Shown: positions 19,231 to 29,379 of the stretch, in pieces | How positions within the stretch are numbered: position 1 is the stretch's first letter | How the letters are laid out: each line of letters begins with the position of its first letter | Assembly: GCA_963826785.1 (NCBI GenBank) | Contig: CAWGYD010000006.1 | Span: forward strand, 1,056,712-1,120,711 | Direction: 5' to 3' | DNA: 64,000 bases | From: an uncultured delta proteobacterium | GTDB lineage: Bacteria; Desulfobacterota; Desulfobacteria; Desulfobacterales; Desulfosalsimonadaceae | Translations under genes and position numbers: made by a program | Notes under the pieces: generated by a model | What the model was told of the DNA's origin: nothing | Seen by the model: only the letters and a program-made list of their open reading frames with translations | The model's database searches: none

Positions 19231-20575
19231 ATGCCAGAAAAAATTGTCATTATCGATGATGAACCGATAGCGCTCAAGCAGCTGCGGCGAATTTTTGAAA
19301 AAGAAGGCCATCAGGTATCCGCCTACAGTGATCCCTTGCGGGCGCTGCAGCAGATCGAGGAGTCGCCCTGCGATCTGGTCATCAGCGATATTAAAATGCC
19401 CTCCATGAGCGGGCTTGATCTGATGGTCCGCGTAAAAGCCCTGTTTCCCGATATTGAAGTCATCCTGATCACGGGGCACGCATCCCTGGATGGCGCGGTG
19501 GAAGCGACCAAGGAGGGGGCCTTTCATTACCTGCAGAAGCCGTTTACCCCGGATCAGCTCCGGAAGCTGGCCGGAGAAGCCCTGGAAAGGCGGCGGGTGC
19601 GGCTGACGGCTGCCGAAGCGTCCGAATCCAATATCAAAGGCATCCCCGTCATCATCGGAAAGAGCAGCCGGATCCGGGAAGTCGTGGCCGTCATCGACCA
19701 GGTCGCCCCCACGGACTGCAATGTCATGATCTCCGGAGAATCCGGAACGGGCAAGGAACTGGCCGCCCGGGCCATCCACGCCGGCAGCCCCCGGGCGAAA
19801 AAGCCGTTTATCGCCTTTAACTGCGGGGCCTTCAGTGAAGCCCTGCTGGACAATGAGCTGTTCGGCCATGAAAAAGGGGCCTATACCGGCGCAGACAGCG
19901 ACAGCCGCGGTCTGCTGGAAGCCGCCGACGGGGGGACCCTCTTCCTGGATGAAATCGGGGAGATGCCCCATGCCATGCAGGTCAAGCTGCTTCGGGTGCT
20001 GCAGGAAGGGGAACTGATCCGGGTGGGCGGACGCAAGACCGTTCCCGTGAATGTCCGGGTGGTTTCCGCCACGGCCAAAGACATCAAGGTCGAGGTCAGG
20101 GAAGGCGCCTTTCGAAAGGACTCTGTTTTACCGCATCAATGTGGTCAATATCCACATGCCGCCGCTGAGGGCGCGCCAGGAGGATATTCCGCTGCTGGCC
20201 TATCATGTGTTAAACCGCATCAAGGCCCGCAGCGGCCGGAAAATCGATGCGATTTCCGACCGGGCCATGGAATTGCTGGTCAACTACGCCTTTCCCGGAA
20301 ATGTCCGGGAATTGGAGAATATCCTGGAGCGCGCGGTGGCGGTCAGCCGGGAAGACGCCATCCGGGTCTGTGATCTCCCCCCGGACCTGGTGGAACTGGA
20401 ACTGCAGGAATACAAGCGCCCGGATGACCATTTGATGACGCTGGCGGAAATGGAAGAAGATTACATTGCTCATCTGCTCAGGATTACCGGCGGGGTCCGC
20501 AGCCGGACGGCTGAAATTCTGGGTATCGACCGGGCGTCCCTGTGGCGCAAAATGAAAAAATATCACCTGCAATAA
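19231..20575 (+). CDS. sigma54-dependent response regulator (NtrC/AtoC-like), apparent frameshift at ~20121
   Basis: Receiver domain (IIDDE, SDIKMP), [25 protein letters not shown] broken by one extra base; FPGNVREL and HTH in the next frame. Confidence 0.9.
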
Positions 20576-20578
20576 AAC

Positions 20579-20688
20579 TGTTTGTCCTTCGCAACACGGC
20601 TGTTCGCATCTGCAACAAATCGATCCCCTCAAGGTTTTACCTCACAGCCGGAACCCCGGTGCTTTTCTTCCTGTTGCATTCTGAAACC
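20579..20688 (+). promoter_or_regulatory. Candidate upstream activator (enhancer) sites
   Basis: Repeated TGTT...AACA-type palindromes: TGTTCGCATCTGCAACA (20601-20617) and TGTTGCATTCTGAAACC (20672-20688), about 80-170 nt upstream of the -24 box. Confidence 0.45.
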
Positions 20689-20767
20689 CCTTTTGCATTT
20701 TCTCTTATCAGGAAATGATCAATCTATTCCTGTAATTTCAAATAGGTTATATCTATAAATATACTAT

Positions 20768-20783
20768 TGGCACGTATCTTGTA
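20768..20783 (+). promoter_or_regulatory. sigma54 (-24/-12) promoter of the USP-SLC13 cluster
   Basis: TGGCACG-TATC-TTGTA, one mismatch to consensus, just downstream of a sigma54 activator gene. Confidence 0.7.
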
Positions 20784-20810
20784 ATCATTCAGGGCCGGAG
20801 GTTGTCGGTT

Positions 20811-21257
20811 ATGTCCCGAAATATTCTGGTTGTTTTTGAAAATGAAGAGGTCTTTCCCGAGGCGCTGGTGTACGCGCGTGAGTTCGCCCTGCGCATCGAC
20901 GCCCGGGCCACCCTGCTGATGCTGGTGCCCATGGTATTTGCCGGTCGGACCGTTTTGGGGCCGCGGCGCAATGACCTGAAGAAAATTGAAAACCGCAACG
21001 GCAAAATTCTCTCTGAATGCTCCCAGAGCTTAATCGCCAGCGGCATCGAGGTGAGTTCGGCCCTCAAGATCGGCGATCCGGCGGAAGAACTGATCAAATT
21101 CCTGGCCGACCGGCCGCCGTTTCAGGCCATTATCTGGGGGAGCGGCCAGGATCTGCCGTCCCGGGGGATCGCCGCCGGCCGGCACTGGATCGGCCGGGTG
21201 GCCGGCAGCCTGGAATGCCCGCTGCTGACCGTTTCCCGGAAAGGGAGTGAGACTTAA
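20811..21257 (+). CDS. Universal stress protein (USP)-like
   Basis: ILVVFE...ALVYA, GDPAEELI, C-terminal CPLLTV; GGAGG RBS. Confidence 0.8.
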   Translation: MSRNILVVFENEEVFPEALVYAREFALRIDARATLLMLVPMVFAGRTVLGPRRNDLKKIENRNGKILSECSQSLIASGIEVSSALKIGDPAEELIKFLADRPPFQAIIWGSGQDLPSRGIAAGRHWIGRVAGSLECPLLTVSRKGSET

Positions 21258-21339
21258 AAATTAAGGTCAGGCGTCGGGGGCCGGACATCTCCGGACCCGG
21301 AGCCGATTCGTTATGAAACAATAATTGGACGGAGAGTGT

Positions 21340-23160
21340 ATGCAACCATTAACCCCAGACATGATCCTGGTCATGATCATGATCGGAGTAGCGATTTTTC
21401 TCTTTATCGTGGAATGGGTGCGGGTGGATGTGGTGGCCATTCTGATGATGGTATCCCTTCCGCTGCTTCACCTGGTGACGCCCAAAGAGGCCTTCGTCGG
21501 TCTGAGCAGCAACGCGGTGGTGTCGATCATTGCAGTCATCATCATCGGTGCGGGACTGGACCGGACCGGCGTGATCAACAAGCTGGTGGCCCCCGTTCTG
21601 AAGATCGCGGGCAACAGCCCCTCGCGGATCATCACGGCCATCTCCGTGACCGTGGCCTTCATCTCCAGCTTCATGCAGAATATCGGCGCGGCCGCCCTGT
21701 TTCTGCCGGCCATACAGCGGGTCAGCAAAATCCAGAAAATCCCGTTGAGCCGCCTGCTGATGCCGGTGGGTTTTTCCGCTATTCTCGGCGGGACCGTAAC
21801 CCTGGTGGGTTCGAGCCCCCTCATTCTGTTAAACGATCTGCTGGTGCCGTTCAAGCTAAAGCCCTTCGGCCTGTTCGATGTCACCCTCATCGGCCTGGCC
21901 CTGGTGGCCAGCGGTATCTGCTGCTTCATTTTCCTGGGGCGGTTCATCCTTCCCCAGGGAGAGGAGGCCGGCGCCCGGGAAAAAGAGGATGTGACGGCGA
22001 TGGCCAATCCCGGGGCCTCCCCGGAAGAATCACAGGATTTCTGCGAGTTGGCCACCCCCGGTGATTTCGACCATTATCGGGATCCCATCACCATCTCCGA
22101 CCTCCAGCGCCGCTACCTGGTCAATGTGGTGGCATTGACGGAGCCGCCGGATTTCCATGTCATATCGCCTTCTCCGGACATAGAGGTGCGTTCGGGCATC
22201 GATCTGGCGGTCTGCGGAACCCGGGCCGACGTGGAGCGGATGGCCGCATCCGAGGGGATGACCCTGAAAGAACTGCCCGAAACCTTCAAGACGCCTTTAG
22301 ACAGCAGCCAGTCCGGCACCGTGGAGGCGGTGATCGCGCCCCGGTCCCGGTTTGCCGGCCGGTCTCTGCAGGATATCAATTTGCAGGAGCGCTACCGGGT
22401 CACCCCCATGAGCATCTATCGCCAGGAAGAGACCTACCGGGCCAAGATCGACGATCTTACCCTCCAGGTGGGGGATGTGGTCAATCTGTTCGGGACCTGG
22501 AAGCGGCTCAAGGACCTGCAGCAGGATGGCGGTCTTTTGTTTTCCATCCCGTCGGATATGGAATACATGCGGCCGGAAAAGGCCTTGTATGCCGGCGGCT
22601 GGCTGGCCATCGCCCTGTTGATGATCATGGTATTCAAGGTACAGTTGTCCGTGTCCCTCATGACCGGGGCACTGGGGATGGTCATCACCCGGGTGCTCAC
22701 CATCGACGAGGCCTACCAGTCGGTGGACTGGCGGACCATTTTTCTCCTGGCCGGCCTGATTCCGCTGGGCATCGCCACGGAAAAAACCGGCACCGCCGCC
22801 TGGATCGCCGGCAGTATTTTGAGCATCATCGGTACGGTTTCCCCCATTGTCCTGCTGGCGGTGATCGGGGTGCTCTCCACCCTGTTCACCCTGGTGATTT
22901 CCAATGTGGGGGCCACGGTCCTGCTGGTGCCCCTGGTCGTCAACATGGCCATCGCCGCCCATGCAGATCCCCGGATGGCGGCACTGGTGGTGGGGCTGGC
23001 CACCAGCAACTCCTTCGTGCTCCCCACCCACCAGGTCAATGCCCTCTACATGGGGCCGGGCCGTTACCGCACCATCGACTTCATCAAGGCCGGCAGCCTG
23101 GTGAGCATCGTCTTTCTGGTGGTGATGATCCTGATGATCAGCCTGGTGTATGGTGTGTAA
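21340..23160 (+). CDS. SLC13/DASS family permease with TrkA-C domains
   Basis: RVDVVA, SSFMQNIGAAA, GGTVTLVGSSP, central soluble RCK-C region, DWRTIFLLAG, PTHQVNALYMGPGRY. Confidence 0.92.
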   Translation: MQPLTPDMILVMIMIGVAIFLFIVEWVRVDVVAILMMVSLPLLHLVTPKEAFVGLSSNAVVSIIAVIIIGAGLDRTGVINKLVAPVLKIAGNSPSRIITAISVTVAFISSFMQNIGAAALFLPAIQRVSKIQKIPLSRLLMPVGFSAILGGTVTLVGSSPLILLNDLLVPFKLKPFGLFDVTLIGLALVASGICCFIFLGRFILPQGEEAGAREKEDVTAMANPGASPEESQDFCELATPGDFDHYRDPITISDLQRRYLVNVVALTEPPDFHVISPSPDIEVRSGIDLAVCGTRADVERMAASEGMTLKELPETFKTPLDSSQSGTVEAVIAPRSRFAGRSLQDINLQERYRVTPMSIYRQEETYRAKIDDLTLQVGDVVNLFGTWKRLKDLQQDGGLLFSIPSDMEYMRPEKALYAGGWLAIALLMIMVFKVQLSVSLMTGALGMVITRVLTIDEAYQSVDWRTIFLLAGLIPLGIATEKTGTAAWIAGSILSIIGTVSPIVLLAVIGVLSTLFTLVISNVGATVLLVPLVVNMAIAAHADPRMAALVVGLATSNSFVLPTHQVNALYMGPGRYRTIDFIKAGSLVSIVFLVVMILMISLVYGV

Positions 23161-23212
23161 ATAGATGATCAAATATTAACCCTGAACCTGCTTTAGAAAA
23201 GGAAAACGGAAA

Positions 23213-24031
23213 ATGGCAATTATCACCATCTCCCGAGGCTCGTTTTCCATGGGAAAAGTGGTGGCGGAGCAGGTGGCCGAACGGCTCGGCTACGCATTGG
23301 TCAGCCGGGAAGTTATCTTAGACGCCAGTGAACGCTACAATATTCCCGAAATCAAGCTGTCCCGGGCCATTCATGACGCGCCGGGAATCCTGGAGCGCTA
23401 CCGCCACAAGTCCCAGTCCTATGTCGCCTACATCCGGTCCGCCCTGATGGAGCGGGTATTGACGGACAACGTGGTGTATCACGGCCTGGCGGGACACCTG
23501 CTGCTCAAGGGCGTACCCCATGTGCTCAAGGTGCGGATCACGTCGGACATGGAGCGGCGGGTGAAAAACGAGGTGGACCGGGAAAGGATCACGGAGCAGG
23601 AAGCCTATGCCGTCATCGGAGAAGATGACCGGCAGCGCCGCAAATGGACCAAGAATCTTTATGGCGTGGATCCCTGGGACAGCTCCCTCTATGACCTGGT
23701 GATCCGGATCGAGAAGCTGAGCCTGGAAGAAGTGGTGGATGTCATCTGCCGCGCGGCCGCAAGCGAGGCGTTCAAGGCATCGGCGGAAGACCTGCGCAAG
23801 ACCCGGGACCTGGCGCTGGCCTGCCGGGTCAAGGCCATGCTGGTGGACGATTTCCCCCATATCGGGGTCACCAGTGATTATGGAAATGTGCTGATCTATT
23901 CGAAGAGCCGGGATCACGGACACGGTCCGGATCGGCTGCTCCGGCGGATGGACGATATCCGGAGCCGCATCGACGGGATTTACAATCTGGAAGTGCATGC
24001 CGGCAGCGCGTTTCCCCAGGATGCCGTTTAG
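23213..24031 (+). CDS. Cytidylate kinase-like family protein with C-terminal BON-like extension
   Basis: IITISRGSFSMGKVVAE, HVLKVRI, DPWDSSLYDLVI. Confidence 0.85.
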   Translation: MAIITISRGSFSMGKVVAEQVAERLGYALVSREVILDASERYNIPEIKLSRAIHDAPGILERYRHKSQSYVAYIRSALMERVLTDNVVYHGLAGHLLLKGVPHVLKVRITSDMERRVKNEVDRERITEQEAYAVIGEDDRQRRKWTKNLYGVDPWDSSLYDLVIRIEKLSLEEVVDVICRAAASEAFKASAEDLRKTRDLALACRVKAMLVDDFPHIGVTSDYGNVLIYSKSRDHGHGPDRLLRRMDDIRSRIDGIYNLEVHAGSAFPQDAV

Positions 24032-24061
24032 GGCGGGTTTACGGTAAAAAAGGAGGTTCAT

Positions 24062-24889
24062 ATGTCGATTGTGATTGTTTCTTCAGATTCCAGGAAGACG
24101 GAAGCGGAAATATCGGAAAAGATCGCAGCCAAACTCGATTACCAGGTACTGGGTCCGGAATTTTTGTCCGATATTGCCTCCAGATACCAGCTGGACGCGG
24201 GTAAGCTGGGAGAAGCGCTGGAAAAAAAGCCATCCTTCTTCAGCAGAAAATCGCTTCACCGCTGGCAATATCACCTCTCCTGCATCGAAGCACAGGTGCT
24301 GGACCGGCTGGGAGCGGACAAAATGGTCTGCTGGGGGCTTGCGGCGCATCTTTATGTCCTGGGGGTTTCACATGCGCTGAAGGTCCGGATCATCTCGGGG
24401 CATGACACCCGGGTGAAGGCCCTCATGGCGGAAAAGGGCGTCGGTGAGCCCCGGGCGGTCAAAATGCTGGCCCGCCAGACCCGTGATCGGAAGAACTGGT
24501 CTACGGCGGCCTTTGAACTGGATGAGATCGATCCTTCGCAGTACGACCTGGTGATCAATCTCGACCAGATCGATCAGCAGGAGGCCGTCAAGACCATCAT
24601 CGATGCCGTGGGATACCCCAGATTCAGGCCCATGACCTACTCGATTAAATGCTTGACGAACCGGACGCTGGCCGCCAGAGTAAGGGCAGTGCTGCTCAAA
24701 ACCATGAGTGATGTCCGGGTAAAAGCCAGGGACGGCACAGTGGTGGTGACCACCAAGGCCATGAAACGGGAAAAGCGGAAGAAGGCGGCCGCCATCAAGG
24801 AACTGGCCGGCGGCATCGAAGGCGTCAGCTATGTGGAAGTCCACCTGATCAAGGACATATTCGGTGAAGCGGCCCAGAGTTTCCGTTGA
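24062..24889 (+). CDS. Second cytidylate kinase-like protein (degenerate P-loop) with BON-like C-terminus
   Basis: Paralogous to the previous ORF (WGLAAHL, HALKVRI, DPSQYDLVINLD; DVRVKARDGTVVV). Confidence 0.8.
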   Translation: MSIVIVSSDSRKTEAEISEKIAAKLDYQVLGPEFLSDIASRYQLDAGKLGEALEKKPSFFSRKSLHRWQYHLSCIEAQVLDRLGADKMVCWGLAAHLYVLGVSHALKVRIISGHDTRVKALMAEKGVGEPRAVKMLARQTRDRKNWSTAAFELDEIDPSQYDLVINLDQIDQQEAVKTIIDAVGYPRFRPMTYSIKCLTNRTLAARVRAVLLKTMSDVRVKARDGTVVVTTKAMKREKRKKAAAIKELAGGIEGVSYVEVHLIKDIFGEAAQSFR

Positions 24890-25013
24890 TTCCATTTTGC
24901 ATTCAAGCGCTACCTGCGTTGGCTGCGTTCGTCGGCGCCTTAACGTACGTTGGGTACGCCTTCGTCACCTCCTCCTTGCCGCCTTGGTATCATCTTGAAT
25001 GCAAAATGGAATC
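24888..25013 (+). mobile_element. 126 bp MITE-like hairpin element
   Basis: Perfect 20 bp terminal inverted repeat GATTCCATTTTGCATTCAAG / CTTGAATGCAAAATGGAATC; core CTGCGTTG..CGTAC-N5-GTACGC..GCCTTG. Confidence 0.7.
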
Positions 25014-25045
25014 GCAACCCCCTAATGCTTGATAAGGAGCCTAAC

Positions 25046-25462
25046 ATGGAAAATAAACTCGAAATTCTGCTGCTCGATGACGAGCCCATCGTGGGCAGGC
25101 GGCTTAAACCGGCCCTGACCAAGATCGGGTGCAATGTGGAGGTTTTTGAAAATCCAAAGGAAGCCGTTTCCCGCATCAACGAAAAAGAGTTCGATATCGT
25201 GGTGACCGATATCCGGATGGATGAAATGGACGGCATCCAGGTGCTGGAGCATGTCCGGCAGAAATGGCCCCGCACCAAGGTGATCATCATCACCGGTTAT
25301 GCCATGATGTCGCTGGCCCGGGAAGCCATGGACAAAGGCGCCTATGATTTTATCGCCAAGCCGTTCAAGCCCGATGACCTGCGCCAGATGATCGCCGAAG
25401 CGGCCAAGGCCCTGGGTTCGCCCATCGATTTTACCCCGGCGGCCGATGCCGGCAGTGCGTAA
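25046..25462 (+). CDS. Single-domain response regulator receiver
   Basis: LLDDE, TDIRM, ITGYA, AKPF; AAGGAG RBS. Confidence 0.92.
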   Translation: MENKLEILLLDDEPIVGRRLKPALTKIGCNVEVFENPKEAVSRINEKEFDIVVTDIRMDEMDGIQVLEHVRQKWPRTKVIIITGYAMMSLAREAMDKGAYDFIAKPFKPDDLRQMIAEAAKALGSPIDFTPAADAGSA

Positions 25463-25552
25463 GGGTTTTTGATTCGTGCGCCTAACCGTACACGTGATTC
25501 CCACCGGCACCCTTTGAGCCGTCCGCCGGTCCGGGACAAGAGCAGGATACCT

Positions 25553-27118
25553 ATGAAGAAGAATACGGCCGATCCGAAAGAATCAGGCGGTCCGCGATGG
25601 GAAATGCAGGATGTCCGCGAGCACATGGAAATCATCCAGGAAGCCCGCCGGGCGCTGCTGAACCGGAAACACTTCAGCGTCCGGAACCACATCTACGTCG
25701 CCTTCATCCTGGTGTTTCTCTTTGCCGTGGGCGTGGCCGGCATACTGATCTTCAACATCTATCAGATTCAACAGCGCCTGGAATTTCTGGAATTCGTCAA
25801 TGATTTTACCTCGGAGATCCAGCAGGCCCGGCGGTATGAGAAGAATTTTTTCCTCTATGGCACCAACATCGATGATGCCATCGAAAATATCCACCTGGCC
25901 CAGGCCATCTTCTCACTCAATGCAGACCAGTTTTCCGAGATCATGGGGCCCTCCCTGCAGCAATCCCTTCTTTCCCGGATCGAAGCCTATGAACGATTGC
26001 TGAGTCAGCTGGCCGACATCAAGAAGCGCCATCCCGACCGGCTGGCGGATACCGAATACATGGAAAACATCGAAACGGAAATCCGCCTGTACGGAAAATC
26101 CATTTCCGATTCAGCCCAGGGGTTGATGAAAATGGAAAAAAGCGCCCTGACCCGGACCCTGACCCGGTCGAGGGATATCCATTTCTATTCGCTGGTGGTG
26201 CTGCTGGTCATTCTGGCGGCGAACGCGTATCTGCTGGGCACGCGGATATATACGACACTGAAGCGCTTTTCCAACTATGCCCAGCGGATCGCCGCGGGCG
26301 ATTTCACCCCCATCACCCCCCAGCGGCGGTACCGGGACGAATTCACCTATCTCGCCCTGGCCATCAACGAAATGATCAAGGAAATCGACAACCGCGAGGC
26401 CGCCCTCATCCAGACGCACAAGATGCGGGCCGTGGGGACCCTGACCGCCGGTGTGGCCCATGAACTGAACAATCCGTTAAACAACATCATGCTGACCATT
26501 CATATGCTCATGGAAGACTACAAGACGCTTTCGGATGCCGAGCGCCTGGACATGCTCAAGGATGCCGCGGATGAAACCGGCCGGGCCAAAAAAATCATCA
26601 GCAATCTGCTGGATTTCGCCCGGGAGAGCACCTCCACCATGGAGACCCTGGACCTGTCCAAGCTGCTGAGGGATACCATGGCCCTGGTGGAAAACCAGAT
26701 CCGTTTTTCGGGCATCGCTATCGAGCTTCAGACCACCGATAGTCTGCCGAACATCCATGGCGACGGCCAGAAACTCCAGCAGGTTTTTTTGAACCTGATC
26801 TTAAATGCCGTGGATGCCTCTTCCAAGGGGGGCAAGGTCCAGATTATGGCGCTTCCCGGGGACAAACCCGATTATGTCCGGGTCAAGATCATCGATTACG
26901 GCAGCGGCATTCCCAAGCATATCCTCTCCTCGATTTTCGACCCCTTTTTCACCACCAAGGAAAAGGGGAAGGGCACCGGCCTGGGGCTCAGCGTATCCCA
27001 GGGCATCGTTGCCAAGCACGGCGGCCAGATCCTGGTGAGCAGCGAAGAAAACAGCGGTTCGAGTTTCACCGTCGTCCTGCCGGTCACCACATTCCCCAAG
27101 AATATCCCCGGGCTGTAA
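25553..27118 (+). CDS. Membrane sensor histidine kinase with HAMP domain
   Basis: Two TM segments, HAMP, AHELNNPL H-box, NLILNA, DYGSGI, GKGTGLGL. Confidence 0.93.
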   Translation: MKKNTADPKESGGPRWEMQDVREHMEIIQEARRALLNRKHFSVRNHIYVAFILVFLFAVGVAGILIFNIYQIQQRLEFLEFVNDFTSEIQQARRYEKNFFLYGTNIDDAIENIHLAQAIFSLNADQFSEIMGPSLQQSLLSRIEAYERLLSQLADIKKRHPDRLADTEYMENIETEIRLYGKSISDSAQGLMKMEKSALTRTLTRSRDIHFYSLVVLLVILAANAYLLGTRIYTTLKRFSNYAQRIAAGDFTPITPQRRYRDEFTYLALAINEMIKEIDNREAALIQTHKMRAVGTLTAGVAHELNNPLNNIMLTIHMLMEDYKTLSDAERLDMLKDAADETGRAKKIISNLLDFARESTSTMETLDLSKLLRDTMALVENQIRFSGIAIELQTTDSLPNIHGDGQKLQQVFLNLILNAVDASSKGGKVQIMALPGDKPDYVRVKIIDYGSGIPKHILSSIFDPFFTTKEKGKGTGLGLSVSQGIVAKHGGQILVSSEENSGSSFTVVLPVTTFPKNIPGL

Positions 27119-27297
27119 AAAGCAGCCAACGCCGTCCGTCTTTCCTGTATTTCCCGGCAGGCCATGCTTATGTATTTTATGCAAGGCCGAAATTTGTGGA
27201 CTTGCCGCGACCCTTCAGTATACTTTTGGGGAAAAGCGCTGGTGAAGGCCTTAGCGAAGAATTCGGACATTTAACCATCTTGCCGGTATCTTGATCC

Positions 27298-29121
27298 ATG
27301 AACTGCCCCCGATGCAAAATTCCCGTCAAAGCGCATTACCGGTTCTGTCCGAGCTGCGGCTCCGATCTGGATGCCGCATCCGGGCGGGGACGGATGAGAT
27401 CGGCCTTTTTGATAGTATTGGTGGCCGCAGCAGGCCTTTTGTTTTATGTCCATCGATTCGACCGGGTGACGCCGCGCACTGGCGAGCCTGCCAACGGCGG
27501 CACCATTGCGGCTCCGATCGCACAAAGCGATGCGATCAGCCCACCCGCCCAATCCGTTGATGCGCAGCCGCCGGTCGCTCCCCGGCAGGGGATCATTTCC
27601 ATTTATGACATTTCCGGCGGGCTGCTGGCCCGGCTGCCTGCCGCGGTATCCGGGGGCGGGTGGGTGGCGCTGCCCGCAAAAACATGCGTGGGCGGGTTTA
27701 GCTGGACCTTTGCGCCGCCGGGCGAAGCCGGAGGGGACATCATCGGCGGTGTTCTCGGGGATGACGACGAGGTGGGGGTCTGGCAGCTCAATCGCATGGA
27801 CCGGTTTTTCGGCCCGCCCCTGGTCCCCGCCGACCTCGATGCCCCCCTGCAGTGGATCTCCCTTGTGTCCTCAAAGACGGCTGAAATTAAACATCCGGTC
27901 GTGCTTTCCCAACATCAGAATGCCGCCCGGCTGGTTCTGCCCGAAGCCGTGGATGAACCCGGGGTGTTCATGCAGAACGGAACGCTGGCGGGATGGACAT
28001 TTGAAGACCCGGCGCGGGGGTATGCCTGGACCGGCCTGGATGAGGACGAACTGGTGATGGAGATGACGGTGACGGATTTTTATCGGCTCTCCTTTGAAGA
28101 CAGCCGGGAGGAGCAATTCATCCGCGCCCGCGCCGTTTCGGAAAGCCAGCCGGTTCAGCAGTTGAACGCATTTGCCGCCGGTTTTCTCAAAAAGCCCCGG
28201 CTGTCTGCCAAAGACACGCCGCCGCAGTGGACCGCCGAGGCCGCCATTTTGCAGATGCGCGACCTGATCACCCGGCTGGTGGAAGAGGACTGGCCCCGGG
28301 ATGTGTTTGCCGTTCTGGACGCAAAAGTCCTTGCCGGAACCGGTGACGAGGCGTTTATCGAAGATGTGCTCACTCTGGTGAGCCGAACCCGCGGCGCGGA
28401 CCCAGCGCTTTTAATGCTGGCCGATGTGCTGGCGGACGGCCGAAGCCTTTCTTCGGGGCAGACGGATAAGCTGAAATCGTTTCAGCGGGAATTATTTCTG
28501 CAATGGCTGAACCAGTTGTATGCGGCCGGACAGTTCCAGGCCGGGTGGACGGCTTACGGCCGGGCTGCGGATATCTTCACCGATGACCCGGATATAGGCA
28601 TTCTTGGCATCCGCCTGGCCCTGGCTCTGGGTGACTGGGCAATGGCCGAGCGGCTGGTGAATGCCCGCGCGTACCCCGAAGCGTTTTCCGGACCGCTGCG
28701 GGATGCCCGGACCCGCATCGAGGAGCTGAAAGCCCCCCGCAAAGCCATCGCCATCCGGTTCGCCCCCGGTTCTTCCCGGGTGCCGGCGGATGCGGTCATT
28801 GACGATCGCCTGCCCCTGTCCTTCGTGGTGGATACCGGCGCCACAATGGTGACCATCCCCACCCAGGCCGCAGTTCGCCTGGGATACGATGTGAATGCCG
28901 CCCCCATGCAGACCCTGATGACCGCCGGGGGAATGGTCCGCGCTCCGAAGATCATCCTGGATTCCATCAGCGTGGGCGGATGGGTGGAATACCGGGTGCC
29001 CGCGGTGGTGCTCGACCTGCCGGATAAATCGGATATCGGCCTTCTGGGGCTTAATTTCCTCAACCGTTTCCGCATGGATTTGAACAGCAGGGAAGGCATG
29101 CTGGTTCTTCATCCCAAATGA
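27298..29121 (+). CDS. Zinc-ribbon/TM protein with C-terminal retropepsin-like (clan AA) aspartic protease
   Basis: CPRC...FCPSCG, one TM helix, helical middle region, FVVDTGAT and GLLGLNFL. Confidence 0.85.
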   Translation: MNCPRCKIPVKAHYRFCPSCGSDLDAASGRGRMRSAFLIVLVAAAGLLFYVHRFDRVTPRTGEPANGGTIAAPIAQSDAISPPAQSVDAQPPVAPRQGIISIYDISGGLLARLPAAVSGGGWVALPAKTCVGGFSWTFAPPGEAGGDIIGGVLGDDDEVGVWQLNRMDRFFGPPLVPADLDAPLQWISLVSSKTAEIKHPVVLSQHQNAARLVLPEAVDEPGVFMQNGTLAGWTFEDPARGYAWTGLDEDELVMEMTVTDFYRLSFEDSREEQFIRARAVSESQPVQQLNAFAAGFLKKPRLSAKDTPPQWTAEAAILQMRDLITRLVEEDWPRDVFAVLDAKVLAGTGDEAFIEDVLTLVSRTRGADPALLMLADVLADGRSLSSGQTDKLKSFQRELFLQWLNQLYAAGQFQAGWTAYGRAADIFTDDPDIGILGIRLALALGDWAMAERLVNARAYPEAFSGPLRDARTRIEELKAPRKAIAIRFAPGSSRVPADAVIDDRLPLSFVVDTGATMVTIPTQAAVRLGYDVNAAPMQTLMTAGGMVRAPKIILDSISVGGWVEYRVPAVVLDLPDKSDIGLLGLNFLNRFRMDLNSREGMLVLHPK

Positions 29122-29379
29122 CTAAAAACCATAGATTTGTGCACGCAAACATACCCGCGCCCGTGCATGTGCGCGAAAAAGAAGGCCGGATCAAAACCCC
29201 AACATCATCAAGTCACATGCTGCATTCCTGCATGCACCAGTAAAATGCTTTTCGAGCGGATCCGCCGGCCCTTATTCATGGATCTTGTGGAAATGCTCAG
29301 GCTGTGATAAGCCCCTGAAGAAATGCTTAATCAACCATCACAATGGAAATTATCGGGATCGGTTATGAAAGAGGGGACA

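Noticed and set aside
18357..20122. Programmed ribosomal frameshifting or stop-codon recoding in the split genes
   Set aside because: No slippery heptamers or in-frame TGA at conserved Cys positions seen; these families are not known to be recoded; sequencing indels are simpler.
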